This document shows positions 1 to 9,817 of a DNA stretch of 64,000 nt, one piece after another. A program made the translations under genes and the position numbers. The notes beneath the pieces are model-generated. The model was not told the DNA's origin. It made no database searches and worked only from the letters and a program-made list of their open reading frames with translations. Source of the stretch: Coleofasciculaceae cyanobacterium (lineage in GTDB: Bacteria > Cyanobacteriota > Vampirovibrionia > Vampirovibrionales > Vampirovibrionaceae); NCBI GenBank assembly GCA_036703295.1, contig DATNPJ010000015.1, forward strand, positions 15,994 to 79,993, read 5' to 3'. Every line of letters begins with the position of its first letter. The first letter of the stretch is position 1.

Positions 1-1
1 G

Positions 2-616
2 GTGGATACCTTACGGTTTTTCAAGCCCCCCATCCAGTTGGACTGGGGCGGGCTGGGGCTGGATGAGGGGCGGCCTGTGCTGGTCGTGAATGCGGGGGCC
101 AAGCTGGCCATCAAGCGGTGGCCCGCAACGCATTTCAAAGAGACTCTCCGGCAGCTCAGCGAGCAGGTACCTGGTTTGCAAACGGTGCTGGTGGGCAACG
201 CGGAAGAACGCGGATTGAATGATGAAATTGCCGCCAATTTACCGGGAGTGGTGAATCTAGCCGGACGGTTGAGCCTGTCGGAAACCTGGGCGCTGCTTTC
301 CCAAGCGGCGCTGGTACTTTCCAACGACACCGGAACCATGCACATGGCCGGATTGCTCCAAAAGCCGGTGTTTTCCCCGATGGGCGGGCAGTATCCGGCC
401 CCGCTCTGGCATCCGCCGGGCAAACATTTTATTTCGTGCCGGCACCCGGTTCCGTGCGCCCCCTGTTTTCGGGATACTTGCCCCCTCCCGGAGCAAAGCT
501 GCCTGACAGAGGTTACGCATGCGGAGGTGGCTTCCGGCATCGCGTCGATGCTGCTGGCGCCGTGGCCAGCGCAAGCGTCTCCCGCCACCACGCAAGAAAC
601 CGTTTCCGGGATATGA
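2..616 (+). CDS. Glycosyltransferase family 9 (ADP-heptose:LPS heptosyltransferase-like), C-terminal part; 5' end lies outside the window
   Basis: The translation carries the GT9 C-terminal pattern (LVVNAGAKLAIKRWP...LVGNAEE...LSNDTGTMHMAG). The ORF is open to the window edge. Confidence 0.6.
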   Translation: MDTLRFFKPPIQLDWGGLGLDEGRPVLVVNAGAKLAIKRWPATHFKETLRQLSEQVPGLQTVLVGNAEERGLNDEIAANLPGVVNLAGRLSLSETWALLSQAALVLSNDTGTMHMAGLLQKPVFSPMGGQYPAPLWHPPGKHFISCRHPVPCAPCFRDTCPLPEQSCLTEVTHAEVASGIASMLLAPWPAQASPATTQETVSGI

Positions 617-641
617 TATTCGTAAGTATCGCGTCAGCAAT

Positions 642-1886
642 TTGAGCCGTTTGAGAGGGATTGTCCGTTTGTCCGCCGGATTGCCCACCCCGCTTGCCAC
701 AAACGCCGGAAAAGCGCGGGTGCTGATCATCCCGCATCAGCCCAACCGCAACATCAAGGTGCGGGCGATTGAAATAGGCCGCTACCTGGCCGGCCCGGGG
801 GGATACGAAGTTTTCATGCTGACCTGGCAGCCAACGACTGCCTCCTCTGGGGGTTTGCCTGTTAAAGTCCTGCAAAAAAGCATGGAAGCGCTCGCAACCA
901 CCTGCCTGTCCACTCGTATTGACCGGGAGGATGGACTGAATTGGGTCACGCTGCCCCACTTGCTGGCTCCGTACCCCTGGTGCCAGCATTTCAACCGGCA
1001 ACAGGTGTCCCGGTTTGCACGGGCGCAAAATATTCAAATCATTCTCAGCGGGAACGCCTACCATTTCCCCATGCCGGACGCGCCGGATATCTTGCGGATT
1101 TATGACGTGGTGGACGATCATATCAGCCCGGAATCCGGCCCCCATTGGCGACGGACCCGGCAATTCACCCTGGCGGAACTCGCCAAGAGCGACCGGATAC
1201 TCACCATCAGCCACGCGCTTCAGGAAGCGCTGGCACAAGAGGGGTTCTCCGACACCCTACGCGTTCCCAACGGCGTTGATCTCGCAGCTTTCCGGCAAAC
1301 ACCATCGGAAGAAGTGCGGGCTTTCCGGGAACAATATCACCTGGAGGGGCGCTTTACCCTCGGCTATATCGGCAATCATGGCTGGTGGTCTGGCATGGAT
1401 CTCCTACTGGCGGCTTTTGAGCGCTTGAAAGCACGGGTGCCCGAAAGCAGATTACTGATTATTGGGCCGGGAGAGGATTTACCCCGCTACCAGGAGCAAA
1501 TGGCCGGGAATCCGGATATCATCTTCACCGGCCCGATACCGCCTGAGCGAATTGCAGCCTGTTTCCAGGCGGTGGATATCGGCGTGCTCCCGTTTCAAAT
1601 CTGCCCCTTTACCGATAACGCCCTGCCCTTAAAGATTTTGGAATACGGGGCAGCCCGCAAGCGGGTACTGGCGACACCGCTGAAAGAACTGAAAACCCTG
1701 GCTTTCCCCCATGTGTCTTTGCTGGAACCCGACCCGGAACTCTGGGTAGCAGCGCTGGAGCAGGAAGCCAATGCTCCCTTACCTTGGGATCCCCGCTGGG
1801 ATTCGGTGATTGCCGGTTACGACTGGCCGGTAGTCTTGGCGGAGCTGCCCCGACTTCTGGAAGTGCCCCATGCGGCTGCTGTTTAA
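642..1886 (+). CDS. GT4-family (GT-B) glycosyltransferase. Start is uncertain: the ORF is open from 519, and TTG at 642 is the first plausible start after the upstream gene ends.
   Basis: N-terminal KARVLIIPHQP and C-terminal GYIGNHG...LLIIGPGED...PE motifs are typical of GT1/GT4 enzymes. It overlaps the next gene by 17 nt. Confidence 0.65.
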   Translation: MSRLRGIVRLSAGLPTPLATNAGKARVLIIPHQPNRNIKVRAIEIGRYLAGPGGYEVFMLTWQPTTASSGGLPVKVLQKSMEALATTCLSTRIDREDGLNWVTLPHLLAPYPWCQHFNRQQVSRFARAQNIQIILSGNAYHFPMPDAPDILRIYDVVDDHISPESGPHWRRTRQFTLAELAKSDRILTISHALQEALAQEGFSDTLRVPNGVDLAAFRQTPSEEVRAFREQYHLEGRFTLGYIGNHGWWSGMDLLLAAFERLKARVPESRLLIIGPGEDLPRYQEQMAGNPDIIFTGPIPPERIAACFQAVDIGVLPFQICPFTDNALPLKILEYGAARKRVLATPLKELKTLAFPHVSLLEPDPELWVAALEQEANAPLPWDPRWDSVIAGYDWPVVLAELPRLLEVPHAAAV

Positions 1887-3075
1887 CGCCACCAATATAC
1901 GCTCCGAGGGAGGTGTCGTACTCATGCGGCATCTGCTGGAGGGTTTTCTAGCCTATACGCCGGAGATGCAAATCCTGCTCTACCTGAACCCGGAACTGAC
2001 CGGACGGCTGGCCGGCTTTGTGACGGAGCATCCCCGGATTGAACTGGTCTCCTTCCGTCCTCGCGGGAGCTGGGGGCGCTTCCGGTGGGAGCAAGTCACG
2101 CTGCCCGGCATCATCCGCAAGGAAAAAGTGGATATCCTCTTCAGTTTCGGCAATACGGGACCGGTTTTCCCTGGCTGCCGGCAAATCTTGTATCTGCAGC
2201 AATCCATCCCGTTCACGGATTATGTGCCTGACAGGCACCGACTGCAATGGTGGGTTTTCCAACGGCTTTACGGCTTCCTGATTGGCCTGGCCCAATTGGG
2301 ATCCTGTCGGGTGGTGGTGCCGACCACCTGGCTGGTGGATCCCCTGCGCCGCTCCGTGCTGTTTTTAAAACGAAAAGCGGCCTACCGGGTCACCCTGCCC
2401 GGCATTCCGGAGCTGTCACCGTTGCCGCCGGGCGGAACACTGAGCGCCAACGAAATTGAATTGCTGGAGCGCATGGAAGCCTGGCGCGCTTCAGATGAAC
2501 GTATCTTGCTGTACCCTTGCTATCTCGCGCCGTACAAGAACATCCCGTGGCTGCTGGAGGCGATTTCCCATTTGGGAGCCGCAGAGCCGCCGCCATTCCG
2601 GCTGCTACTGACCTTCAACCGGGAGAGCGGCGAGTATTTCCCGTGCAAAAAGGCGATATTCAAGGCGCTGGACCGGCTGAATTCCGATTGGCCAGATTCG
2701 GATCGCGTCGTGCTGGCCGGCAGCCTGAGCCGCTATGCGATGGCCGAAGTGTATCGAAGGGCGGATATTCTGGTCTTCCCATCCCTGGTGGAAACCCTGG
2801 GCTTACCATTGCTGGAAGCCATGTCGCATGGCATCCCGGTGGTGGCCGTGCAGAGCGAAAAACAATCGCCCACCCAGGCAGCCTTTGCCCGAGAGATATG
2901 CGCAGACGCCGCTTTTTATGCTGAACCTGGCGACCCTGCGGCCTTTGCCACCCAGATTGAAAAACTGCTGGCGGATCCCATGCTGGCCTTTGAAACGGGG
3001 CAAAAAGGCCTTTCCCGAATTTCAGAAATTTCCTGGGCGGCGCATGTCCGGGCAATTCTGGCGGATCTGCCCTGA
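1870..3075 (+). CDS. GT4-family glycosyltransferase
   Basis: C-terminal ILVFPSLVETLGLPLLEAMSHGIPVV is the nucleotide-sugar-binding fold motif of GT4 enzymes. It is translationally coupled to the upstream GT gene. Confidence 0.7.
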   Translation: MRLLFNATNIRSEGGVVLMRHLLEGFLAYTPEMQILLYLNPELTGRLAGFVTEHPRIELVSFRPRGSWGRFRWEQVTLPGIIRKEKVDILFSFGNTGPVFPGCRQILYLQQSIPFTDYVPDRHRLQWWVFQRLYGFLIGLAQLGSCRVVVPTTWLVDPLRRSVLFLKRKAAYRVTLPGIPELSPLPPGGTLSANEIELLERMEAWRASDERILLYPCYLAPYKNIPWLLEAISHLGAAEPPPFRLLLTFNRESGEYFPCKKAIFKALDRLNSDWPDSDRVVLAGSLSRYAMAEVYRRADILVFPSLVETLGLPLLEAMSHGIPVVAVQSEKQSPTQAAFAREICADAAFYAEPGDPAAFATQIEKLLADPMLAFETGQKGLSRISEISWAAHVRAILADLP

Positions 3076-3450
3076 AACCAAGAAAAAACCGAAAAATTCA
3101 TCCGGATGTTGCAGACTTTTGTCCGGGATTCGGAAATTCGGAGCTAGTGCTCCAAGGCTAAGCCAGTTTATTTTGAGTATTGAATGGGTATTTTTCTTCT
3201 GGAGAACAAGAACTTCCAGAGGCTGGTTCCAGTCATATGCGCGATGTTGTGCATCGGTGATGGTAAAGAAAAGTTACAACCGAAACCAAAAAAAGAGCAA
3301 TCGGTACATGCCGATTGTTCAGGAAAGATAAGGCTTTCCAGGTTTCCAGACTGGAGAGCAAATCGGACCGTCTCACACTAAAGTATTAGTCATTTTGGCC
3401 GATACCTTCTTCAGAGAAAAAGGAATGTGAACTGCATATGAGTCGGGATT

Positions 3451-6400
3451 TTGATGTTGAGTAAAAAACCGATTGCCGCACTGCTGTTGTCTGTATGGCT
3501 GTCATGCGCCGGCTTGAATGCCTTTGCGCTGACTACCATTACGGCTAACACCACCTGGACGCCCGGCAGTATTCCCACCGCTGGCGTAACCTGGGATGCT
3601 GCCAACCAGCAATTCGTACTGACCGACTCGCTCACCATTAACAGCAACCGGACCTTGAGTATCCAGAACGGCAGCAACGGCGGAAATTTCCTGCTGACCC
3701 TGCCCAATGCGGGTTCCCTCATCCTCAATAGTGGAGCCATTATCGATCTGAGCGGTGTGTCCGGCAACGGCAACGGCGGGAACTTCACTACGAACCTGGC
3801 CGGGTCAACCGGAACGATCAACATTTCGGGAACTGTTCGATCCAATGGCATCGGCAGCGGCAATGGGGGTATCATCACGCTTAATGGCACTACATTCACG
3901 CTGGCCAGTGGAGGGCTGATTGAGGCGCTGGGCGGAACCAGCGGGACTGGTGGCTATGGCGGCGCAATTACCCTGAACAAAACCAATACGGGACGCCTGA
4001 GCATACCCAGCGGATTCACCATCCAAACCAACGGCCTGAGCAGTGCCACCCAGAACCTGATCACGATTGCCGCTGACGATATTCTGGTGGACACGACTGT
4101 GAATGCCAATGGGATTAGCAATGGCGCAGGCGGAAAAATTATTCTGACCGCTGATAACGGCAGGGTTAGCGTGGGATCCAGCGGGCTTTTGAATGCCACC
4201 GGAAATGGGACGGGAACTGGGGGCACCATGGAATTTTATGGGCACGAGGCCGGTCAATTAGTCGACATCGACAATTGCAGCAATAATAGTTGTAGTGGCG
4301 GCAGTGATATTGAGACTTTCACCTTTCACAACAACGCCCGTATGAACGTGGCCGGTGGTTCAGCCAACAACGGTACCTTCAAGTTTGGGCGGGCCGGCGC
4401 AGGCGACCTGAACATCACCATGGGAAAGATTACCGCCTCCATGCTTCGGGGTGCCAGCCGGGTGGAGCTTGGTAACGACGGTGGCTACACAGCTAACAAC
4501 ACCATCAGCGGCTATTCCCGAACCAGTGATTTCAACGGGACAAATCCGGTCTTGGCATTTTATGCCACCAACAACATCACCGGTACTTCCTCCAACAACT
4601 TTAGTGCCGTGGAAGCGCGCAACACCTCCGGTACCATTTCCATCACCGGTTCTACTGGCGCTCTGACCGTGAATACACTGACCGGAACCGGAACTGCGAC
4701 TTTAAAGGCGCCTAATGCAACAGCGCTCACGTTGGCCAACTCCACGTTCGCCGGAACAGTCAACCTGCAGACTGATGGATCCATTACGGCAACCAGCGGC
4801 AACGCCATGACAGGCACCATCAACCTGTCGGGACAGTCTGGCGCGGGAACCAAGGCAGGGGCCATCAGCCTGACAAACGCCGCAGCGACCACCATCGGAG
4901 GCGTGGAGGGAGCATCCGCCACCCTCACTTCCACCGGGGCCGCCAGTGATATGACGATTGCCAACGCCAATATCACCAACGCTGCCACCCTGACCTCCGG
5001 GCGGGACATTACCGCCAATGACACCAACAACAACTTTGGCACGACCACGGCTGCCAGTGGTCGCAATATTACCCTCCGCGACAGCATGGGAAATTTTACC
5101 CTCAATAACATTACCGCCACCGGCACTCTGGATGTCACCGCACTGGTCGGCAGCGACATTTCCATCAGCAACGCGGACGTGACCGGGGCGGCCACCATCA
5201 CCGGAGGCGGCGCGGGCTCCAATATCAGCGGGACCGGCAATACCTTCCGCTCCACGGCCAACATCAATACCAACGACACACTTGCGGGTGACATTAATCT
5301 CTCGGGAGACTTCCAGGGCAACACATCCCTTTCCGGCACCCAGGTGGCCGTGACCGATACGGCCGGGAACCTGACCGTCACCAGCTATACCCAGGGAGTC
5401 ACCAACAGCACCCTGACCAGCAACAACGGCAGCGTAACCGCAACCATCACCGACCTTAACAATGGGGGCGCGGGTAGGCTGACCATTACGGCGAGAGATA
5501 ATATCAGCGTCACCGGCACCGGCTGGACGGATACTGCGGATACGCTGGTGGCCAATTCCACAAATGTGGGCGCATTCACCCTGACCGGAGGAACCGTTAG
5601 CAAGATTACCGGACGCAGCGTCGCTCAGACCGGTCCCAGTTCCGGCATCTGGGTCGGAGCCAACAGCGGAACTTATACTTTCAACGGGGTCACCAGCAAC
5701 GGCAACGTGGATATCACCGGGGCGGGCAATATTACCCTGGGCACCACGACCGATCCCATGAGTATCGGTGGCGCTACTACCTTTGCCTCTAGCGGCGACG
5801 TCACTGGAACAAGTACCTTCACCGGTGCCGTCAGCGGTTCAGCCAATCGTATCGGCCTGGTATCGACCGGCAACTTCACCTCCGCCGGGCTGACTGCCAA
5901 CGGAAACACCGGCTGGCCTGGTGATGAAACCTTGATTGTCCAGACCCGCAGCGGGGACATCCTGGGGAGCGGCTACACTGCCAGCGGCCTGGGCAACCTG
6001 CGCTTGCAGGCAGGCGCCTGGAATTACCAAAACACCGGTAACGCTGTCAGCGTCACCAACGTCTCCGCCGCCCAGAACGCCGCCTTCTACGCCACCGGCG
6101 CCAACGCCGGAACATCGATCAGTGTCGGCGGCACATCCAACGTGGCCGGGCATATCACCGCCACCGGCATCAACACCGCGAACAACTTTGCCGCCACGAC
6201 CGGCGGGATCGACCTGACCATGAGCTCCGGCAACCTGAAGACCGCCCTGTTGTGGTCGAATAATGGTACTGTTAACCTGACAGCCAATAACGGAAACATA
6301 TTACAGGACACCAGTGTTTACAGCGGCGTCAGCACCGGGGTGGCGGGTGGCAAAACCATCTGGGGCAGCGGCCCCATTAATCTGACCGCCCAGGGCAGCG

Positions 6401-7095
6401 CCAGCCGGTACATTGATACCGGCGTGATGGCCCTGACCACCAGCGGCACGGGAGGTAACATCACCGCGAAAGCCCAGGGCGACTCGGCAGGTAATGGCAC
6501 GGGGGTTTCCGTGAATCTTCGGGGCCGGGCGGACGGCAACGTGACCGTCACCAACCTGGCAAGCGGTAACACCACCGGCGATGTGTACCTGGGCACCAGC
6601 GTCGGACCCTCCACGACCAACCTGGAGGATTCTCCTGCCACCGTGATGGATGTGATGGGAACCACCACGATCAAGTCCGCAGGCCACGTCAAAATGTACG
6701 GCAGCTTCAACGGCCCCATCAGCGTGACCGGCAAAACGCTCACCGGCACGTCAGACAGAGGCAACCTGAACTTTACCAACGTGACCACCACCGCCACCAG
6801 CGGCACCGGCATTAACATGACGGCCCTGCAAGGTTCACTCACCGGCGGCAACCTGAGCACGGCGGGCACGGCCAATATCTTCCTGCAAGCCGGTAGCGTG
6901 CTGCCGCGCGATTCACGTACCAATATCAATCTCACCAACGTGACGGCGGGCGGCAACCTGGATGTGGTGGTGGCCGGCAGCACCAACGGAAACGCTTCCG
7001 GTCAGTCGGTAGTCATCACCGGCAGCAAAGGCGGCACATCCTCAGCCACGAGTCCGGGTGGCGGCGCCCCGCTGGGCTCTGTCAGCATGCCGTAG
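3451..7095 (+). CDS. Large secreted Thr/Gly/Asn/Ser-rich repeat protein (1214 aa), predicted beta-helical adhesin or S-layer-like surface protein
   Basis: N-terminal signal peptide (MMLSKKPIAALLLSVWLSCAGLNAFA). The rest is low-complexity T/G/N/S/A-rich quasi-repeats (for example NITGT, TGTGT, NGN, LTANGN) with dozens of N-x-S/T sequons. It is followed by a bidirectional terminator. Confidence 0.75.
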   Translation: MMLSKKPIAALLLSVWLSCAGLNAFALTTITANTTWTPGSIPTAGVTWDAANQQFVLTDSLTINSNRTLSIQNGSNGGNFLLTLPNAGSLILNSGAIIDLSGVSGNGNGGNFTTNLAGSTGTINISGTVRSNGIGSGNGGIITLNGTTFTLASGGLIEALGGTSGTGGYGGAITLNKTNTGRLSIPSGFTIQTNGLSSATQNLITIAADDILVDTTVNANGISNGAGGKIILTADNGRVSVGSSGLLNATGNGTGTGGTMEFYGHEAGQLVDIDNCSNNSCSGGSDIETFTFHNNARMNVAGGSANNGTFKFGRAGAGDLNITMGKITASMLRGASRVELGNDGGYTANNTISGYSRTSDFNGTNPVLAFYATNNITGTSSNNFSAVEARNTSGTISITGSTGALTVNTLTGTGTATLKAPNATALTLANSTFAGTVNLQTDGSITATSGNAMTGTINLSGQSGAGTKAGAISLTNAAATTIGGVEGASATLTSTGAASDMTIANANITNAATLTSGRDITANDTNNNFGTTTAASGRNITLRDSMGNFTLNNITATGTLDVTALVGSDISISNADVTGAATITGGGAGSNISGTGNTFRSTANINTNDTLAGDINLSGDFQGNTSLSGTQVAVTDTAGNLTVTSYTQGVTNSTLTSNNGSVTATITDLNNGGAGRLTITARDNISVTGTGWTDTADTLVANSTNVGAFTLTGGTVSKITGRSVAQTGPSSGIWVGANSGTYTFNGVTSNGNVDITGAGNITLGTTTDPMSIGGATTFASSGDVTGTSTFTGAVSGSANRIGLVSTGNFTSAGLTANGNTGWPGDETLIVQTRSGDILGSGYTASGLGNLRLQAGAWNYQNTGNAVSVTNVSAAQNAAFYATGANAGTSISVGGTSNVAGHITATGINTANNFAATTGGIDLTMSSGNLKTALLWSNNGTVNLTANNGNILQDTSVYSGVSTGVAGGKTIWGSGPINLTAQGSASRYIDTGVMALTTSGTGGNITAKAQGDSAGNGTGVSVNLRGRADGNVTVTNLASGNTTGDVYLGTSVGPSTTNLEDSPATVMDVMGTTTIKSAGHVKMYGSFNGPISVTGKTLTGTSDRGNLNFTNVTTTATSGTGINMTALQGSLTGGNLSTAGTANIFLQAGSVLPRDSRTNINLTNVTAGGNLDVVVAGSTNGNASGQSVVITGSKGGTSSATSPGGGAPLGSVSMP

Positions 7096-7121
7096 CACTG
7101 TAAACCGTCGTACCCAAATGC

Positions 7122-7156
7122 CAAAAGCCCCCGAGGATCCTCAGGGGCTTTTGGCA
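7122..7156. terminator. Bidirectional rho-independent terminator (palindrome AAAAGCCCCcGAGGATCCTCaGGGGCTTTTGG)
   Basis: Near-perfect inverted repeat with A/T runs on both sides. It lies between the convergent 1214-aa gene (+) and the FGK-repeat gene (-). Confidence 0.65.
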
Positions 7157-7168
7157 ATGCCTATGGAC

Positions 7169-7561
7169 TTAAACAGAATACGGGTCTTTCTTGGTCCAGA
7201 GATCCTGGTCCCCTTCTCCTTGATGCCACGGAGCAGGCCCCGGTCCATTTCTCTTGCCGAACTTAGGCGCTTCGTCCCGCTTGATAAGAGGGATAGGTCC
7301 TATAGTGCCGGGATATGAAGATTTGCCGAACTTCACTTGCGCATCCCAACCGCCAAGAATGACAGGCCCTTTTTTGCCAAAAAACGGCATTGGAGGAGGA
7401 TTTGTTCCTGGCGCTTTGCCAAAATGGACTGAATCTTTGTTGATGATCGTTTCAGTGGAACCGGGATGATCTTTGGTGATTGCACCCGGTCCATGAACGG
7501 GATATCCCGGTTTATGAACGGGCCAGTTTTTTTGACAGAACTGCAATGTTGGTCCTTGCAT
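7169..7561 (-). CDS. Small Pro/Gly/Lys-rich protein (130 aa) with four tandem FGK-x-x-PG repeats; function unknown
   Basis: Strong SD (AAAGGGAGGGACGCC then ATG). Repeats: HFGKAPGT, FFGKKGPV, KFGKSSYPGT, KFGKRNGPG. GC is lower than in neighbouring genes. Confidence 0.5.
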   Translation of the reverse strand: MQGPTLQFCQKNWPVHKPGYPVHGPGAITKDHPGSTETIINKDSVHFGKAPGTNPPPMPFFGKKGPVILGGWDAQVKFGKSSYPGTIGPIPLIKRDEAPKFGKRNGPGPAPWHQGEGDQDLWTKKDPYSV

Positions 7562-7740
7562 GGCGTCCCTCCCTTTAAATCTTCGAACTCTGTAAACTCA
7601 CATAAAACTGTGGTTGAGATTGCACGCTATTTTATCAGAAAAACATGGCTTGCAAAATCAAAGGCAGATTGCGCAACCCAGGCGAGATAATCAACCCTGA
7701 AGTCTATTTAGTCCATCTAGCTTTGGTGCAATCGTTTTGC

Positions 7741-9642
7741 TTAATCGCATTCCACGCAGCGGATGCCCAGCGGGTTTTCCGCCGGTTTTTCGGTTTGGGC
7801 GCTCTCGGTCGGATGCTCTTCGGTGGCGAGGGCCATGGGCTGATCCTGGCGGCTGTTGTTGCGATAGACCGTAATCCCTTTAATGCCCAGCTGGTAGGCC
7901 ATTTGGTAAGTGGCCGCCACTTCCGCGCGGGTGGCATTCTCCGGGAAATTGATGGTCTTGGAGACCCCGTTGTCGGTAAACTCCTGAAAAACGGCCTGCA
8001 TGCGCACATGCCACTCCGGCGCGATATCAAAAGACGTGACGAACAAGCGCTGCATGGCTTCCGGGACTTCGGGAATTCCATGAACGCCCCCTTGCGCGGC
8101 AATCCGGTGCAGGAATTCAGGGGTGTTCAGGTGCTGTTGTTCGGCCCATCGGGCAAACTGCGGGTGGACTTCCGGCATGCGGGTATTGTCCATCACATTG
8201 CGGGTGAAAACCAGCGCAAATACCGGCTCAATCCCGCCGGAAGCCCCGGCGATAATGCTGATGGTCCCGGTGGGCGCAATACAAGTGGTGGTAGCGTTGC
8301 GCAAGCCATGCTCGTGAATCAGCGCATCCAGATGTTGCCAACTTTTGTGGGTGATTCGCTGGGTGGGGTGTTCTCGGTGCCGATCGGCGCAGAAATTTTC
8401 CAGGGCATACCGGCTTTGCGCGAAGTTGGGGAAGGGTCCGCGCGCCTTGGCCAGCTCCACCGAGGCCAGCTTGGAATGATAATCCATCCAGGCCGCCACT
8501 TCCCGGCCCAGCATCAGGGCTTCTTCCGAATCATACGGAATGCCCAGCGCCATCAGGCAATCGGCCCAGCCCATCACGCCCAGCCCGATTTTCCGGTTGC
8601 CCTCGGCCATCTTCTGGATGGGCGGAATGGGGTAGCGATTCCGGGTAATCACGTTATCTAAAAAATGGGTGGTTAAATAGACGGTTTCCGCCAATTTGTC
8701 CCAATCCAGGCGGTTATTTTCGTCCAGCATGCGGCCCAGGTTAATCGAACCCAGGTTGCAAGGCTCGTAAGCCAGCAGCGGTACTTCGCCGCAGGGGTTG
8801 GTGGATTCGATTTGCCCCAGCGCAGGCGTCGGATTGTCCCGGTTGATGCGGTCGATGAAAACCAGGCCCGGCTCGCCCGTACGCCAGGCACAATCCACGA
8901 TCTGATCAAACAGCTTCCGGGCTTTCACGGTTTTAACGGTTTTTCCGCTGTTGGGATGCCTCAAGGAAAAGTCGGCATCTCGTTCCAGCGCCTGCATGAA
9001 AGCATCCGTCACCGTGATGGAGATGTTGAAGTTGGTGACTTTGCGCAAATCGTCTTTCGCACTGATAAAACCCTCGATATCCGGGTGATCGATGCGCAGA
9101 ATGCCCATATTTGCGCCGCGCCGGGTGCCACCCTGCTTGATGGCCTCAGTGGCGGCGTTGTAGACTTCCATAAACGAGACCGGGCCGGAGGAAACGCCCA
9201 TGGTCGAGCGCACCACATCCCCCTTGGGGCGCAGGCGGGAGAACGAGAAGCCGGTGCCGCCGCCGCTTTGATGAATCAGCGCGGTGTGCTTCAACGTCTC
9301 GAAGATGGATTCCATCGAGTCTTCAATCGGCAGCACAAAGCAGGCCGAGAGCTGCCCCAGCGGGCGTCCGGCGTTCATCAGCGTCGGACTGTTGGGCAAA
9401 TACTCCAGCCGGGCCAGCAGACCGTAGAATTGATCCGCAAGCGCCGCCACTTCCGCTTCCGTCTTGCCGTAGCTGAAGTCTCCTTCCGCAATATTGCGGG
9501 CCACCCGGCGGAACAATTCAGCGGGCGTTTCCTGCGCCCGCCCTTGCGCGTCCCGAATCAGGTAGCGACGCTCCAGCACGGTCATTCCGTTAGGAGGAAT
9601 GTCCGGAATTAATTTTTGGTTCAGTTCGGAAATGGCCATCAT
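7741..9642 (-). CDS. nrdJ: Adenosylcobalamin-dependent (class II) ribonucleoside-diphosphate/triphosphate reductase
   Basis: 633 aa. Contains the NrdJ active-site region (...STNPCGEVPLLAYEPCNLGSINL...) and a C-terminal CVEC redox pair. Homology is conserved along the whole length. Confidence 0.9.
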   Translation of the reverse strand: MMAISELNQKLIPDIPPNGMTVLERRYLIRDAQGRAQETPAELFRRVARNIAEGDFSYGKTEAEVAALADQFYGLLARLEYLPNSPTLMNAGRPLGQLSACFVLPIEDSMESIFETLKHTALIHQSGGGTGFSFSRLRPKGDVVRSTMGVSSGPVSFMEVYNAATEAIKQGGTRRGANMGILRIDHPDIEGFISAKDDLRKVTNFNISITVTDAFMQALERDADFSLRHPNSGKTVKTVKARKLFDQIVDCAWRTGEPGLVFIDRINRDNPTPALGQIESTNPCGEVPLLAYEPCNLGSINLGRMLDENNRLDWDKLAETVYLTTHFLDNVITRNRYPIPPIQKMAEGNRKIGLGVMGWADCLMALGIPYDSEEALMLGREVAAWMDYHSKLASVELAKARGPFPNFAQSRYALENFCADRHREHPTQRITHKSWQHLDALIHEHGLRNATTTCIAPTGTISIIAGASGGIEPVFALVFTRNVMDNTRMPEVHPQFARWAEQQHLNTPEFLHRIAAQGGVHGIPEVPEAMQRLFVTSFDIAPEWHVRMQAVFQEFTDNGVSKTINFPENATRAEVAATYQMAYQLGIKGITVYRNNSRQDQPMALATEEHPTESAQTEKPAENPLGIRCVECD

Positions 9643-9762
9643 GCCGCCCTATTTCACTGATAGCTTTATATTAGCCCGTTTCCGTCCGATTTTGAAGCGG
9701 GGCGCTATGGGGCTCTCCAAGTGTCGATTAGAAACCATCCGGGTTGAGCGACGGAACAAAAC

Positions 9763-9792
9763 GGACCCGGAGGGACTCCGGATCCGTTTTTT
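9763..9792. terminator. Rho-independent terminator hairpin (GGACCCGGAG-gga-CTCCGGATCC) with U-runs readable on both strands; terminates acn
   Basis: Seen directly in the sequence, immediately downstream of the acn stop at 9818. Confidence 0.55.
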
Positions 9793-9817
9793 GTAGTTAT
9801 TGAGCAACTTGGAAAGA

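Noticed and set aside
4560-6986. Several long minus-strand ORFs (273, 222 and 128 aa) inside the 1214-aa repeat gene
   Set aside because: They are antisense to the signal-peptide-bearing repeat gene. Their composition is Val/Pro/Ala-rich, as expected from reverse translation of ACC/GGC-rich repeats.
7645-8661. 338-aa plus-strand ORF overlapping nrdJ
   Set aside because: Shadow ORF antisense to nrdJ.
9643-9756. Looked for a cobalamin riboswitch in the 5' leader of the B12-dependent nrdJ
   Set aside because: Only about 110 nt separate the acn terminator from the nrdJ start. No B12-box-like consensus (GCCACTG-type) is visible. That is too short and featureless for an AdoCbl riboswitch.
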